From: an uncultured virus (IMG/VR IMGVR_UViG_3300037963_002172)
Taxonomy: Duplodnaviria; Heunggongvirae; Uroviricota; Caudoviricetes
IMG/VR virus record: IMGVR_UViG_3300037963_002172
Reading direction: 5' to 3' (one strand)
DNA: 64,000 nucleotides
Position numbers and translations under genes: made by a program. Shown piece by piece: positions 38,401-48,030 of this stretch. Each line of letters starts with the position of its first letter. Position 1 is the first letter of the stretch. Under the pieces are notes generated by a model that did not search any database, was not told the origin of the DNA, and saw only the letters and a list, made by a program, of their open reading frames with translations.

Positions 38401-41400
38401 AAGGAAGAGACGTAGGATTAGCTAGAGGTATACCTATTGCTGTTGTAGACTATTTAACTGCACGTACAGCGGGTAAAATATTCTTAGGTTCTAGAGGTTT
38501 GGGTAATACCAGAGCAGAAGCGTGGAGAGGAGCTGGTTTGTTAGTAGCTGAAAGAGCTATTGCTGACCCAGGAGGTGAAGCTTATGGTGAATACTTAGCA
38601 CAATCTGCTAATGCATTACTGAACAGTAAACCATTTAAAGCAGATGAAATAGCTCTTGAAGCTATAGGTGCGTTTGGAAGTAACACCAGTAACGCTGTGA
38701 TGAATCTAACATTAACTGCTTTAAAAAACCAACACATTTTAAAAGCAGACCAAATGACTAACACTGATTACTTTTCAGGGTCTACATTTAATAATGAGCA
38801 GACTACTAACTGGGCAAACAATATGCGTAAGCTTGGTTATATAGACGGTAATACAGAAGAAAAAATTCAAAAGAATATAGGATATAAAAGAGATGCACAG
38901 TTGTTATTAGGCCTAGGTGAAAAAGGTGTAGCAAGCACAGAGTTGTTACCTGTACAAACTAAAATGATGGATGTGTTAAAAGCTAAAGACCAGCTATCAC
39001 AGAATGAACTAACGAAACAACTATTTGGAAAAAGCATTAGAGTATTAAATCAAGAACTAGGCAACCTTGCTACTGCCAAAGCCATAGTCGATAATGAAGA
39101 AAGTGAAGAAGCTGATAAAATTGTCAATGAAGTTTTAGGAAGAACAGAAGAAAGTCCTGGAGATTTACAATTAAGTCAAAGTCCAATAGCAGATTTATTT
39201 ACAAACGACCAAACATTTAATACACAAGAAATAGCATTTGATAAAGTTGCTTTAGAAGACATAAAAGAAAAGAGAATTCCTGGTGGTACTACACGTGATG
39301 TATATGATATTGGTAACAACAGAGTTATTAAGATTGCAAAGAACCCTAGAGGATTACAACAAAACAATTCATTAAATTACGGTGATGTAAATATACTAGG
39401 GCCTTTTGTTCCAGAAATATTTGAAAGAGGAGAGGATTATGTAGTTGTAGAAAATGTACCTCGAAATGATAGAGCCGTAAGAGAATATTTAAAACCTCTG
39501 CAAAAGTTTTCACAAACAGATTTTGACAATAGAGGGAGAGAGATACAAGAGGTAATGGAAGAACTGGGATTGTCTGATTTCTTTAATTACGATGTTTTAT
39601 GGAATGATTTTAAGTCTAGAAGAAATTGGGGTCAAAGAGAAAACGGAGAGTTTGTATTAGTAGATGAAGGTGCTTTAAATAAAAATGTAACAAGTACGTC
39701 AGAAGTACCCGCTTGGGCTAGAGAAGATTGGGAGAATATTAAAAGAAGAAGAAGAGGTGAAGGCGGAGTTCAACTAAGCCAGACTGTTGCTCCTTTAGAA
39801 AACACACTAATAGAATATCAGTACGACAAAGAGACTGGCTTCTTCCCGTCCACTATTGATAATGTTCAGAAGCTTGAAAGTGTCCTTGAAAAATATGGCT
39901 ATGATTTAATTCAAACACAAAGAGAAACAGGTGAACAAGCAGGATACTATTTAGCACCTGTAGGTTCCAGAATAAAACAAGACCCGTTCAAAGGTAAAGA
40001 ATTAACTCGGGTTCAAAGAGAAGAACCAGAAGCAGACCCACAAACACGTCAGGAGCTTGTACAGCTGCTTAATAAAGCGTTCCCTGGTGTTGAGGTGCTT
40101 GATGACCAACAAGAGTTTGAAAAGTCCTTAAACGACCCAGGAGTAGTTAAAAGAACAACTAAGGATGGTTATGTAGCTTATGGAGCTACACGTGATGGTA
40201 AGGTATATTTAAACCCTGATGATAAAACATTAGAGCTGCCTATACACGAGTTTGCACATATATATCTAAATTATTTAAAAGCAAAAGAATCTGGAGCCAA
40301 AGGAACTGCATTATATAAAAGAGGTTTACAATTAATTACTTCCACAAAAGAAGGAGAAGACATATACAATGAGCAGGTAAAAATATATGGTGAAGGAGAC
40401 CAAGCTAGAGAGGAAGCATTAGTTATTTATATTGCACAAGAAGGAGCAAAGAAAACTAGAGACGCAGAAAAACAAACCAAAAGTAAATTATATAAGTGGT
40501 ATGAAGCGTTAATGAACTTTATTAAAAACGCTTATTTAAAAGCTAAAGACTTTTTTAAATCACCAACATTTGCAGATGATATAAAAGGAATGTCTTTAAC
40601 TGACTTTGTTAATATGGCGTTAGGAGATTTATTAGGAGGTGAAGTTGTAGTAGAAGATGTTATTGTAGATGAAACAGGACAAACTCAATTAGCATTGTCT
40701 CAACAAAAACAAGTCCCACGTGGAAGCAATATGGTTGAAGTTGTAACAGAAGCTAGAGAGCTAGGCATATCAGATGACCAAATAAAAGCTGTGTTAGTCG
40801 AAAGAGTAAATCGTGGTGAAAATATAGGCGTGCGTGGAGAAGAAAGGTTTACTCGTCAAGATATAGATGAAGCATTAACAGCGTTGCCTACAGAAATAGT
40901 ATCACTACCAACTGCATTTAGAAATATAGATGGCGGGTTCTTTAGAGGTATGGCTTTATTTACTGAAGTGCAAAACATTGTAAACAAAGCTATCGGTATT
41001 GGTACTACAACAGAAGTAAGAAAAAAGCATATAGACTCTGTAAAGAAAAGATTTCCTAAAGCAACTAAAGGTAAGTCTAACGCACAAATATTAAGATTAT
41101 TTCCAATAGATGAGTCTGTATTAGAAGGTTTAAAATCACCAGCTGAAATACGTAAGATAGGTTTAGACGCATTGAAAGCCAGTCCTATTTATGCTGCTCA
41201 ATCTCCTGAGGTTCAAGAACAATTAGTGGTTGATTATGACAAAGAGTTAGGTATAAGAGCAAACAGAAATGTACAAGCTGAAGTAAACAAAATAAAAAAT
41301 ACTTTACGTGCTAGAAAACAAGCAGCTAAAGATATTGCAACAGTAAAAAAAGATTTAGCAAAATTAATTAATCTAATATTTCCTAAGACCGACCTAGTAA

Positions 41401-44400
41401 ACAGAAGTGATTTAACCTATATGAATAATCGTATAGCTGCAATAAATCAAAAAAATCAACTAGCTGAAATAGAAAATGTATTAAACCGTATAAGTAAGGT
41501 TGAAGACAGAATTAAAGATAATTTAATTTCTAAAATAAAAAAGCTAATTGAAACCCAAGCTAAAACAAATGTAACAGTAACAGGTAAAACTAGAAGGGGT
41601 GCACAAATAGATGTTACTACAAAAGAGTTTTTTGTAGCAGCAAGAGCGTTATTAAACAATTTAGATACACCACAAGGGCGTGAGTTGTTCGCAAAAGAAA
41701 TGAATGATTTAGCGGGCCTAGAAAACACCATATCAAAACTTAGAAACAAAGAAAACAAAACAAGAGAAGATAGAGAGCTGATTGCTAGAGCTGATGCCTT
41801 TGCAGTTTTAGGTAATCTACCAGCAATGAATTTAGCTGAAGTAGAACAATTGTTTGATGATTTAAAAAACAAACGACAATTAGGTAGAAGCTTATACCAA
41901 GCTGAGCAGGAAGAAAGAAGAAAAGAGCTAGAAAAATTAGAAGAAGAAGCAAACGAACAAATTAAAAAAACAAATAAAGATTTATTTTTAGAAGATGGTA
42001 CACCAAAGAATTTAGATACACTAAACAGTGAAGGGCGAAATGCTTTATTAGAATATAAGAGAAGCGGCTTCCTTGGTTCTATGGAGAAACTAAGAAACAA
42101 TTTTTTAAATATTGATAATTATAAATTAGTGTTGCAGCAAATGCGTTTAAATGCATTAGACTCTTTAGCAATGGGACACGTTTTCTATTCATCATTAGAT
42201 AACCGAAACGGAAACTTTTTACTTAATAATATTTACTACAGATTAACAGGAGCTGAGGAAAACTATAACTCTATTTACTTTGATTTTTATGATAGGTTAA
42301 CCGAAATAGCGGATGAAGTTCTCGGGAAAAAGAAATACAGAAACCTTATTGCAGAAAGGCTTGGCTTAAAGATGGCTGAAGTAAACGCTTATCAATATAT
42401 TTCTGCTCTAGCAGATGATGGTAGAACCATACAGATTGAGGGAGTAAATACACAAAGAAATTTAGTAACTCAAAGCACATCTATAACTACTAGCGAGGCT
42501 ATGCGTATTTATGCATTATGGAAAAACCCTGAAAGTAAAATTATCTTAGAGAACGATGGGTTTACACAGGAAAAAATAGATAAGCTAGAAAACTTTATAG
42601 GCAAAGACCTTGCTACTTATGTTGATAAAGTAATAGATTTTTTAACTGATGAAGTCTACCCAGTGGTAAATGCAAAACACAGAGAAATATATGGAGTTAA
42701 TTTACCTTTTAGAGAGTTGTATTTCCCTAGAGCTACACAACCTATTATAGGAGATAGTAAAAGCTATGCGTTTGACGTTGACTCCACAGCTAATTTAAAT
42801 GCAATTCGTTCTATGCTGCCTGGAAGTTTATCTGAAACCGCTAGCCCAAACAATCTTAGAATGATACTAACCGATATGAATTTTTTCAACGTGTTAGACA
42901 ACTATATAGATGATGTAGCAAGATGGACGGGATATGCGACTGACGTAAAAGTTATTGAAGGAATCATCGCTATGCCTTCCGTAAATGCATTGCTTACTAC
43001 AAGTGGTATGAAAGATATGGTTATCTATAATATAAATGTAGCTATTGACCCATCAGGTAAAACAAGAGGCCCTAATAAAACAAAATGGGTATCTCAAACT
43101 GTAAACGGTATTACAAGTTATTTCTTAGCCTTACACCCTATGCAGTTCTTTAAGCAAGCTTCTTCGGTTGTATTAGCTTACCCTTTATATAACAATCCTA
43201 AATTTCAAATATTTAAAAAAACCAGAAAAGCAGGAGACCCAATCTTTACAGGTACAGGTATTAAAAATATAACTACAGATGTTTTTACATTATTATATGA
43301 TATCGCAGCAACGGGTCTTAATGAGGCTCCTAACATAGCTGCTTTTATGACTCAAGTAGTTAAAGAGTTTGCTCCAGGCAACTATCAAAAAAACAAAGAA
43401 CTAGCTAAAAAAATATCTGCTACGTTTAGAAAAAGAAATTTTGAAGCAACAGATGGAAACATATATATGCTTTACACAGGTAGGGAAAGAGCTGATTTGT
43501 TCGACAGTTCACCAGAAGGTATTAGAAGAAAAAAACTAAGTCAAAGCTTTGAAATAGTTAAAAAGACTTTTGGTTTCTTTACTTCAGAAGGGGACTTGGC
43601 TGGTGCTATGGGTTATATTATAGTATACAAAAATATGATAGCTAACGGCTTTACTCACGAGGAAGCTTTAAGAGTATTTAATGATTACAACTTAACAAAC
43701 CAATCAAGAAGAGGTGTAGACAAACCTGGAATACAAACACAGAAAAGTGGTCTATCACAAGTGTTTACTGCTTTTACAACAACACCACTTCAAATACTAA
43801 GTAATTCTTACTTGACTTTTATGAATGCAATGAAAGATTTCTTTAGAAACAGAACTCCAGAAATGAAAGATGTCAATACGTTTTTGTGGGTAGGCTTTAT
43901 CGGAGTTATGTTCTTTAAAGCAGTTAGTTCTATCTGGTTGTTACTACTAGGTAAAGATGAAGACAGAGAAAAGTTTTGGAAAGAAGTTCTTCAATGGCAC
44001 GGTATACAATCTATGATAGACGCTATACCAATAATGAATGAAACAGTATCAGCATTGAGAAACGAAATAGAAGGAACGCCTTACAAAAAAGGAAAAGACT
44101 CAACCACGTTCCCTTCAGTTGAGTACGCAGAAGAGCTTGGTAAATGGATTAGAAATGATGAAGACAGAAATGCATTAGAACAAATGCTCAAAGCAATATA
44201 TGAGTTTGCTCAGTTTAGATTAGGGGTTCAGTTAGATATTTTTGAATATCCATTACAGCAAGCAGTAGAGGGAGAAAACCATTGGGTGTATGATTTCCTA
44301 CGAATGATGCGTGTGCCTAAAAGTCAAATACCAAAACGTTTCTTGCCGCCTGATAAAACTAAGAAGAGAAAGAAAAAAACTTATAAGAAAAAAAGAACTA

Positions 44401-44411
44401 GACAATTATAA
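35490..44411 (+). CDS. Giant internal virion/ejection polyvalent protein with kinase-like and zincin domains
   Basis: 2973 aa; kinase motifs at about 39270-39680; HEFAH at 40245-40259; hydrophobic helices near the C-terminus. Confidence 0.75.
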   Translation: MEELNFSNVYEVLESPDMFTSPEQLTEFFGSDYTSEDVYSVVNKDIFPTLQSFQEFFELPMTNPAGEVMDFSEEDRGPSGVIDWFTATTKKLLGKDPESQKDFKQQETRAGEYLDEAGYQVVDGEIVYKTGEAPEIATMDMRQQPTTPKKKKTKAEVAQDLRDSLEIKYDPADYIKNYPAPNDQTVNPEGKPKFETMEEYQAFIEKEVNKGVNTIIFSAGEKGEEIFAFDPNSDEALQSNLSTVVNRIGFTATESPLALKNYQDNYQKDLRAAISKYGFLVEKPISYDTGTGSVSEFLDPTTLSLDNLKKELEGKRETIATKNPEKYLTITSLDGNDQFNLNIVDPTDEELKLFTQFVNDKSRFPSEPNPDESNIAKALDVKESRTGARFNLETGDYSSVNMISVEIDGKYYAMPSLYPKDPNIQSTYSDRWIEFDPETQLEEIIQMANERGEKYAFETQEEAEAFAAGSWKDYNTVDLEKERFFQANGFEDYDGMMEAVNDYDAIRDEIMLINEIQGISDASQFGKRIARGLGASEEDLVTTQDGINIGGQVALDPETKITIGYFDRYKMKMFTGDAPLGSNFTKIYGGEELTVDEATVARYPQLFNSDGTMKAEWRDRKVELERMRDNLYNITQDEKFQEVSLKWDLEAAKRREAYTLDAVRTNRNANMGLKALDQYSIEMFGVTSKELENYRLNNLENLSEQQLEIIDYIALAKGELDTQKIYAADQYVVSQTYLDSKSIKEAQGIVLEGFWPQVKNEWVTRGERGKAAELILAMSLFGDDPTKIQEINGMSREEVAKEIAKYLENSVTKSQGMSKEMLEWNKAKGWTETMDVFMDNPLDMSVSLAAGSFSEMLPYGLKIIPGFGIVGGALGFEESLYRRKGRRTRGQTTGQRVIGGGGRTKFLRENADLVYGTLSGTVKGTMLGGSATILAMEYSNAVFEAATLNGYDIFDAEEMLMALNDPNVWNEGRDVGLARGIPIAVVDYLTARTAGKIFLGSRGLGNTRAEAWRGAGLLVAERAIADPGGEAYGEYLAQSANALLNSKPFKADEIALEAIGAFGSNTSNAVMNLTLTALKNQHILKADQMTNTDYFSGSTFNNEQTTNWANNMRKLGYIDGNTEEKIQKNIGYKRDAQLLLGLGEKGVASTELLPVQTKMMDVLKAKDQLSQNELTKQLFGKSIRVLNQELGNLATAKAIVDNEESEEADKIVNEVLGRTEESPGDLQLSQSPIADLFTNDQTFNTQEIAFDKVALEDIKEKRIPGGTTRDVYDIGNNRVIKIAKNPRGLQQNNSLNYGDVNILGPFVPEIFERGEDYVVVENVPRNDRAVREYLKPLQKFSQTDFDNRGREIQEVMEELGLSDFFNYDVLWNDFKSRRNWGQRENGEFVLVDEGALNKNVTSTSEVPAWAREDWENIKRRRRGEGGVQLSQTVAPLENTLIEYQYDKETGFFPSTIDNVQKLESVLEKYGYDLIQTQRETGEQAGYYLAPVGSRIKQDPFKGKELTRVQREEPEADPQTRQELVQLLNKAFPGVEVLDDQQEFEKSLNDPGVVKRTTKDGYVAYGATRDGKVYLNPDDKTLELPIHEFAHIYLNYLKAKESGAKGTALYKRGLQLITSTKEGEDIYNEQVKIYGEGDQAREEALVIYIAQEGAKKTRDAEKQTKSKLYKWYEALMNFIKNAYLKAKDFFKSPTFADDIKGMSLTDFVNMALGDLLGGEVVVEDVIVDETGQTQLALSQQKQVPRGSNMVEVVTEARELGISDDQIKAVLVERVNRGENIGVRGEERFTRQDIDEALTALPTEIVSLPTAFRNIDGGFFRGMALFTEVQNIVNKAIGIGTTTEVRKKHIDSVKKRFPKATKGKSNAQILRLFPIDESVLEGLKSPAEIRKIGLDALKASPIYAAQSPEVQEQLVVDYDKELGIRANRNVQAEVNKIKNTLRARKQAAKDIATVKKDLAKLINLIFPKTDLVNRSDLTYMNNRIAAINQKNQLAEIENVLNRISKVEDRIKDNLISKIKKLIETQAKTNVTVTGKTRRGAQIDVTTKEFFVAARALLNNLDTPQGRELFAKEMNDLAGLENTISKLRNKENKTREDRELIARADAFAVLGNLPAMNLAEVEQLFDDLKNKRQLGRSLYQAEQEERRKELEKLEEEANEQIKKTNKDLFLEDGTPKNLDTLNSEGRNALLEYKRSGFLGSMEKLRNNFLNIDNYKLVLQQMRLNALDSLAMGHVFYSSLDNRNGNFLLNNIYYRLTGAEENYNSIYFDFYDRLTEIADEVLGKKKYRNLIAERLGLKMAEVNAYQYISALADDGRTIQIEGVNTQRNLVTQSTSITTSEAMRIYALWKNPESKIILENDGFTQEKIDKLENFIGKDLATYVDKVIDFLTDEVYPVVNAKHREIYGVNLPFRELYFPRATQPIIGDSKSYAFDVDSTANLNAIRSMLPGSLSETASPNNLRMILTDMNFFNVLDNYIDDVARWTGYATDVKVIEGIIAMPSVNALLTTSGMKDMVIYNINVAIDPSGKTRGPNKTKWVSQTVNGITSYFLALHPMQFFKQASSVVLAYPLYNNPKFQIFKKTRKAGDPIFTGTGIKNITTDVFTLLYDIAATGLNEAPNIAAFMTQVVKEFAPGNYQKNKELAKKISATFRKRNFEATDGNIYMLYTGRERADLFDSSPEGIRRKKLSQSFEIVKKTFGFFTSEGDLAGAMGYIIVYKNMIANGFTHEEALRVFNDYNLTNQSRRGVDKPGIQTQKSGLSQVFTAFTTTPLQILSNSYLTFMNAMKDFFRNRTPEMKDVNTFLWVGFIGVMFFKAVSSIWLLLLGKDEDREKFWKEVLQWHGIQSMIDAIPIMNETVSALRNEIEGTPYKKGKDSTTFPSVEYAEELGKWIRNDEDRNALEQMLKAIYEFAQFRLGVQLDIFEYPLQQAVEGENHWVYDFLRMMRVPKSQIPKRFLPPDKTKKRKKKTYKKKRTRQL

Positions 44412-44413
44412 CT

Positions 44414-44554
44414 ATGCCATTTACTAAGATAGGAAAGAACAAATATAAAAGTCCAAGTGGAAGAATCTTTACAGAAAAACAAGTGAAGTTATATTATGCT
44501 ACAGATGGTTTCAAAAACAAAAGACCCAAGCGTGGCGATTTCAAAAGGTCTTAA
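44414..44554 (+). CDS. Small basic protein, 46 aa (MPFTKIGKNKYKSPSGRIFTEKQVKLYYATDGF...)
   Basis: Hand-translated; its stop overlaps the convergent gene's stop. Confidence 0.7.
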   Translation: MPFTKIGKNKYKSPSGRIFTEKQVKLYYATDGFKNKRPKRGDFKRS

Positions 44555-45639
44555 AAGTAATGTGTTAGTCTAGCTACCTGACCACTTTCATTGTGGTGTA
44601 TAAAACCCTCACAAGCTTTAGGAGTTCCAGTAAAACCTTTACGACTGTGCCAGCTGTCCGTACCACTTGGAGACCGCATATATTCTACGCTAACACCTAT
44701 AAAGTCTTTTCCGTCTAACCATTTGTGTTTTACTTTATGATGAATGTGGTGTAGGTACCAATACCTATGAGTCGTAGACGACCAATCTTTAGGGTTCTCT
44801 TGTGCCATAAGCAAAGGCAGTGCGTCCATCTTTGCACCATCACCGTGCTCTAAACCTATGAGGTTAGTGCCATACTTATAATACTTTCTGTGGGCTACCC
44901 CTATATCAAATTTCACATCTTTAGCTTTTCTAAACCAACTCTTCAAGGTGTGTGCTAGATGAAAACCCGATTGGTAATCGTGATTACTCATACTATGCAG
45001 GACATCTACAGGTGCTACCTGTCTGAGCAACTCTATACATTTTACATATAACATTAAAGCTATTTCGTAATGTTCCCACCATTTACCATCTGTGTCTTGA
45101 TAAGTTCCTTTTGTAGTTGTACTGTATACGTTATCAATATGAAGGATATCATTGCCTATACAAAACAAAACTCGGTCAATGTCAAAACCAGTTGACTTGT
45201 TTATTAGACCTATTACTCCTTCTATTACTCTACTTACTGCTGTTTCACAATCATATTTTTCTCCAGTTTCTAGCTCACTGGCATACTTTCCAATATGTAT
45301 GTCTGCTGGATTAACTATCAACAGATGGTCTCCTGATGGAATTTCGATGGGTTCATAGCTAGGGGAATAAGTTTCGATAAAGCTGTTTACTTTATCCCAT
45401 ATTTGATTTTCTTCTAGCCCTATGTTTTCTTTAGTAACTACGGAGAATCTATAATCTCCACTTCCGCTTTGCCAATGTTTTACACTGACTACATCTTTTT
45501 TGTTGATGCCTCTTTCTTTTAAGTGTATGTCAAGTGCGGAATTATTATTTATGTTATCTACAACGGTTGCTCTTCTCTGTAGAATTAAATCTACTTCTTC
45601 TGTTGAAAGCCTGAGTCGTTTACCGTATTCTTTTGCCAT
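44551..45639 (-). CDS. Calcineurin-like metallophosphoesterase
   Basis: ADIHIG, GNDILH.D, SNHD, EHGD and HHIHH motifs. Confidence 0.85.
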   Translation of the reverse strand: MAKEYGKRLRLSTEEVDLILQRRATVVDNINNNSALDIHLKERGINKKDVVSVKHWQSGSGDYRFSVVTKENIGLEENQIWDKVNSFIETYSPSYEPIEIPSGDHLLIVNPADIHIGKYASELETGEKYDCETAVSRVIEGVIGLINKSTGFDIDRVLFCIGNDILHIDNVYSTTTKGTYQDTDGKWWEHYEIALMLYVKCIELLRQVAPVDVLHSMSNHDYQSGFHLAHTLKSWFRKAKDVKFDIGVAHRKYYKYGTNLIGLEHGDGAKMDALPLLMAQENPKDWSSTTHRYWYLHHIHHKVKHKWLDGKDFIGVSVEYMRSPSGTDSWHSRKGFTGTPKACEGFIHHNESGQVARLTHYF

Positions 45640-45640
45640 A

Positions 45641-45829
45641 TTATATTTCGTCTTCCACCGAATCTTGTAACGAGGAAAGAATCTTAATAATAAGAGCAGA
45701 ATCTTTTTTTACTTCGGTGTAATGTCCATCAACAAAGTTTTCATAAAGATTGTCTAGGGAGTCGTGTATCTCTTTCATCGTAAAATTGATGAACTTCAAC
45801 TTATCTTTCTCTACTCCTTGGCTAACCAT
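45641..45829 (-). CDS. Hypothetical protein
   Basis: ORF track; operon context. Confidence 0.65.
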   Translation of the reverse strand: MVSQGVEKDKLKFINFTMKEIHDSLDNLYENFVDGHYTEVKKDSALIIKILSSLQDSVEDEI

Positions 45830-45861
45830 TTATCCTATATTCTTTTACATTTTGACTAACT

Positions 45862-46266
45862 TTAGTCTTGTTTTAGACATTTGGATAAAGATAATAAATT
45901 ATTTTGTTTTTTGAGTTTTTTGACAAGAAAAATTAATTCAGCTCTGGTTAGCTCTGAATACTCATCAGCGTCTTCGCCAATTAGTTCCAGGCACTGCTTG
46001 TATTTAATTAGCAGTTCGTTGTCGTAGGACAACAACCAATCAATACTTTTTACATAATGTAAAACAGAGGCGTGATTTTTTTGTAATGAGAATGCTATGG
46101 ACTTGAATGTATTTCTTTTATCTCTTAATATTTTAGAGTAAATCATTCTTGCATTTACATAGTTTCTTTGTCGTGAAGGTGAAAGTATATCTATACCAAA
46201 CACAGAGTCTACTGCGTTTTTTACTTTCTTAAACTTACGTGTATCGTATTCTGCTAAGTATGTCAT
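45862..46266 (-). CDS. DnaA domain-IV-like HTH protein
   Basis: S.SRQR..V.ARMI...L...T..SIA..L.KNHASVLH...I. Confidence 0.75.
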   Translation of the reverse strand: MTYLAEYDTRKFKKVKNAVDSVFGIDILSPSRQRNYVNARMIYSKILRDKRNTFKSIAFSLQKNHASVLHYVKSIDWLLSYDNELLIKYKQCLELIGEDADEYSELTRAELIFLVKKLKKQNNLLSLSKCLKQD

Positions 46267-46585
46267 CGTTTAGTTTTAATGTTGTGTTGTTGTTAATGTG
46301 GTCTAAGTATGTATCAGCATCGGTTTCTACTATGCTTAAAAATACTGGCACTTCATCACTCTGATGAAAGTATTCTATTTCAAAGAAAAAGCTATGTGGT
46401 TTTGTAATTACTCCTCCTACTGCTTGCGTCCACCCATCTAGTTGAGGTAAATAATCTGCATTACAATCCATTAGAACAGCTACTGGAACACTGTACTCTA
46501 TGGGAAAACTTCTTAGTTGCTCTAAGAAACCTTCGTCCATATCGTACTCTGGCCTAGCCTCTATATATTTCTGTTTTAAAGCCAT
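46235..46585 (-). CDS. Acidic hypothetical protein
   Basis: ORF track. Confidence 0.7.
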   Translation of the reverse strand: MALKQKYIEARPEYDMDEGFLEQLRSFPIEYSVPVAVLMDCNADYLPQLDGWTQAVGGVITKPHSFFFEIEYFHQSDEVPVFLSIVETDADTYLDHINNNTTLKLNDDILSRIRYT

Positions 46586-46793
46586 ACTCTTCTAATTCTT
46601 TTAATCTATACTCTTGTAGTATAGAAAGTCTACCCTTTGGTTTTTTAACTTCGCTGAATAAAACTTCGCAATCTCGAGGCAATGCAATGATATCTGGAAT
46701 ACCATTCTTATTTGTCTTCATTAATTTAATTACGTAGTAACCTTCTGCTTCAAGCTCATCAATCCTTTTCTTTTGAATCTGCTGCTCTGTCAT
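46554..46793 (-). CDS. VRR-NUC nuclease
   Basis: E..IQ...GIPDII....F.EVK...GRLS.LQ. Confidence 0.88.
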   Translation of the reverse strand: MTEQQIQKKRIDELEAEGYYVIKLMKTNKNGIPDIIALPRDCEVLFSEVKKPKGRLSILQEYRLKELEEYGFKTEIYRG

Positions 46794-46794
46794 A

Positions 46795-48030
46795 TTACAA
46801 AGCTAAGAAATCTCTTTTAAAGTGATTTAGAGTATAATCTTTTTTCTTTGTAACAGCTTTGTATATTTGTTTTTCTATTCCGTCCCTAGCAAAAACCCAG
46901 TACACATTATTCTTTAATCTATTCTTTGTTGTCATTCTATCCCTTGACTGCCAATAACTTGTAGCTGAAAAATCTATATTATAATAAACTAAGGCAGACG
47001 CTTTCCTTAAAGATATTCCTTCTCTTCCACTCACAATTTGCAGGGCAATAGATTTATCTGTTGTGTTGAACTCTTCCAAATTGGTCGTCAACGACTCTTT
47101 TCCAAATACACTTTTTAAAGCATCAAGCTCCGCTACAAACTTGTAGAATATACCTATCTTTTTATTTTTAAACTTACGTTTTATAAACTCTGCTTTGGAA
47201 TTATCTAATACGTGTGAAGCACCTGACTCAAACTTTACTGTGCCTGAAAACATTTGATGAATCTTGCTCATCAACTTCACGGCTGTGTCGCCTAACACTA
47301 CCTCTTCATTTCCCATTAACACTTTGTCTTTTTTCAGTTTTTTTATTAAGTAGTACGTCTTCTCTTTCATTTCAACCGTCAATATATTTTCTGTTGTTTC
47401 GACTTTGAAGCCAGCCTCTTTCTGTGTGTATGAAATAGTGTATGGTCTCATTGATTCTAAAATTTTCTGCGTCCCTCCACTGTAATCTTTTATATGCATT
47501 ATACCTATAGGACGCATTTGAACATTTACATAATCATCACAAAACCTATAGAAATTTTTATACTGAGAAAAAGGATTGGTTGGTATCCCATAAACTTGAT
47601 GGTACATTTGACTATAGCTTTCAGGAGTAGGAGTTCCTGATAGTAAAATAACATACGGATTATGTTTGGTTAGCAGGGCCTTGACCTGCTTGGCCCGCTT
47701 GCTTGGTTTTGGATAAGCTCCCATTGTATGAGCTTCATCACAAATAACAACTGACCAATTTTCTTCTGGTATCTTGTGTATACTTTCATAATTAATTACA
47801 TATAAGTTGTAATCAGGATTAAGTAAATCATAATCAGAGCGTATACTTGATATAGCTTTCTTTTTGGTAATAAATAAAACATCACCGTTATCATAAAAAT
47901 ATTCTGCTAACTTCAAAGACGTAAGAGTTTTTCCCGTCCTCACCTCCATAGCTAAATATAAAAATCTATGTGAATGTAACACTTGTAACCCTTGTGTTAC
48001 AATCTCTTTCTGGTAGGGTCTGAGTTCCAT
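46795..48030 (-). CDS. SNF2-like (SF2) helicase
   Basis: LRPYQ, RTGKT, DEAH, LSGTP and QSRDR motifs. Confidence 0.9.
   Translation of the reverse strand: MELRPYQKEIVTQGLQVLHSHRFLYLAMEVRTGKTLTSLKLAEYFYDNGDVLFITKKKAISSIRSDYDLLNPDYNLYVINYESIHKIPEENWSVVICDEAHTMGAYPKPSKRAKQVKALLTKHNPYVILLSGTPTPESYSQMYHQVYGIPTNPFSQYKNFYRFCDDYVNVQMRPIGIMHIKDYSGGTQKILESMRPYTISYTQKEAGFKVETTENILTVEMKEKTYYLIKKLKKDKVLMGNEEVVLGDTAVKLMSKIHQMFSGTVKFESGASHVLDNSKAEFIKRKFKNKKIGIFYKFVAELDALKSVFGKESLTTNLEEFNTTDKSIALQIVSGREGISLRKASALVYYNIDFSATSYWQSRDRMTTKNRLKNNVYWVFARDGIEKQIYKAVTKKKDYTLNHFKRDFLAL

Noticed and set aside
41456..42100. 214-aa antisense ORF and similar shadow ORFs (e.g. 2097..2447, 6991..7308, 33591..33929, 59524..59886)
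   Set aside because: They lie wholly or largely opposite real genes, have Ser/Leu/Phe-biased composition, and lack expression signals
35490..44411. crAss- or N4-like virion RNA polymerase
   Set aside because: No DxDGD/DFDID or T7-like polymerase motifs were recognised; the protein looks like a polyvalent ejection protein
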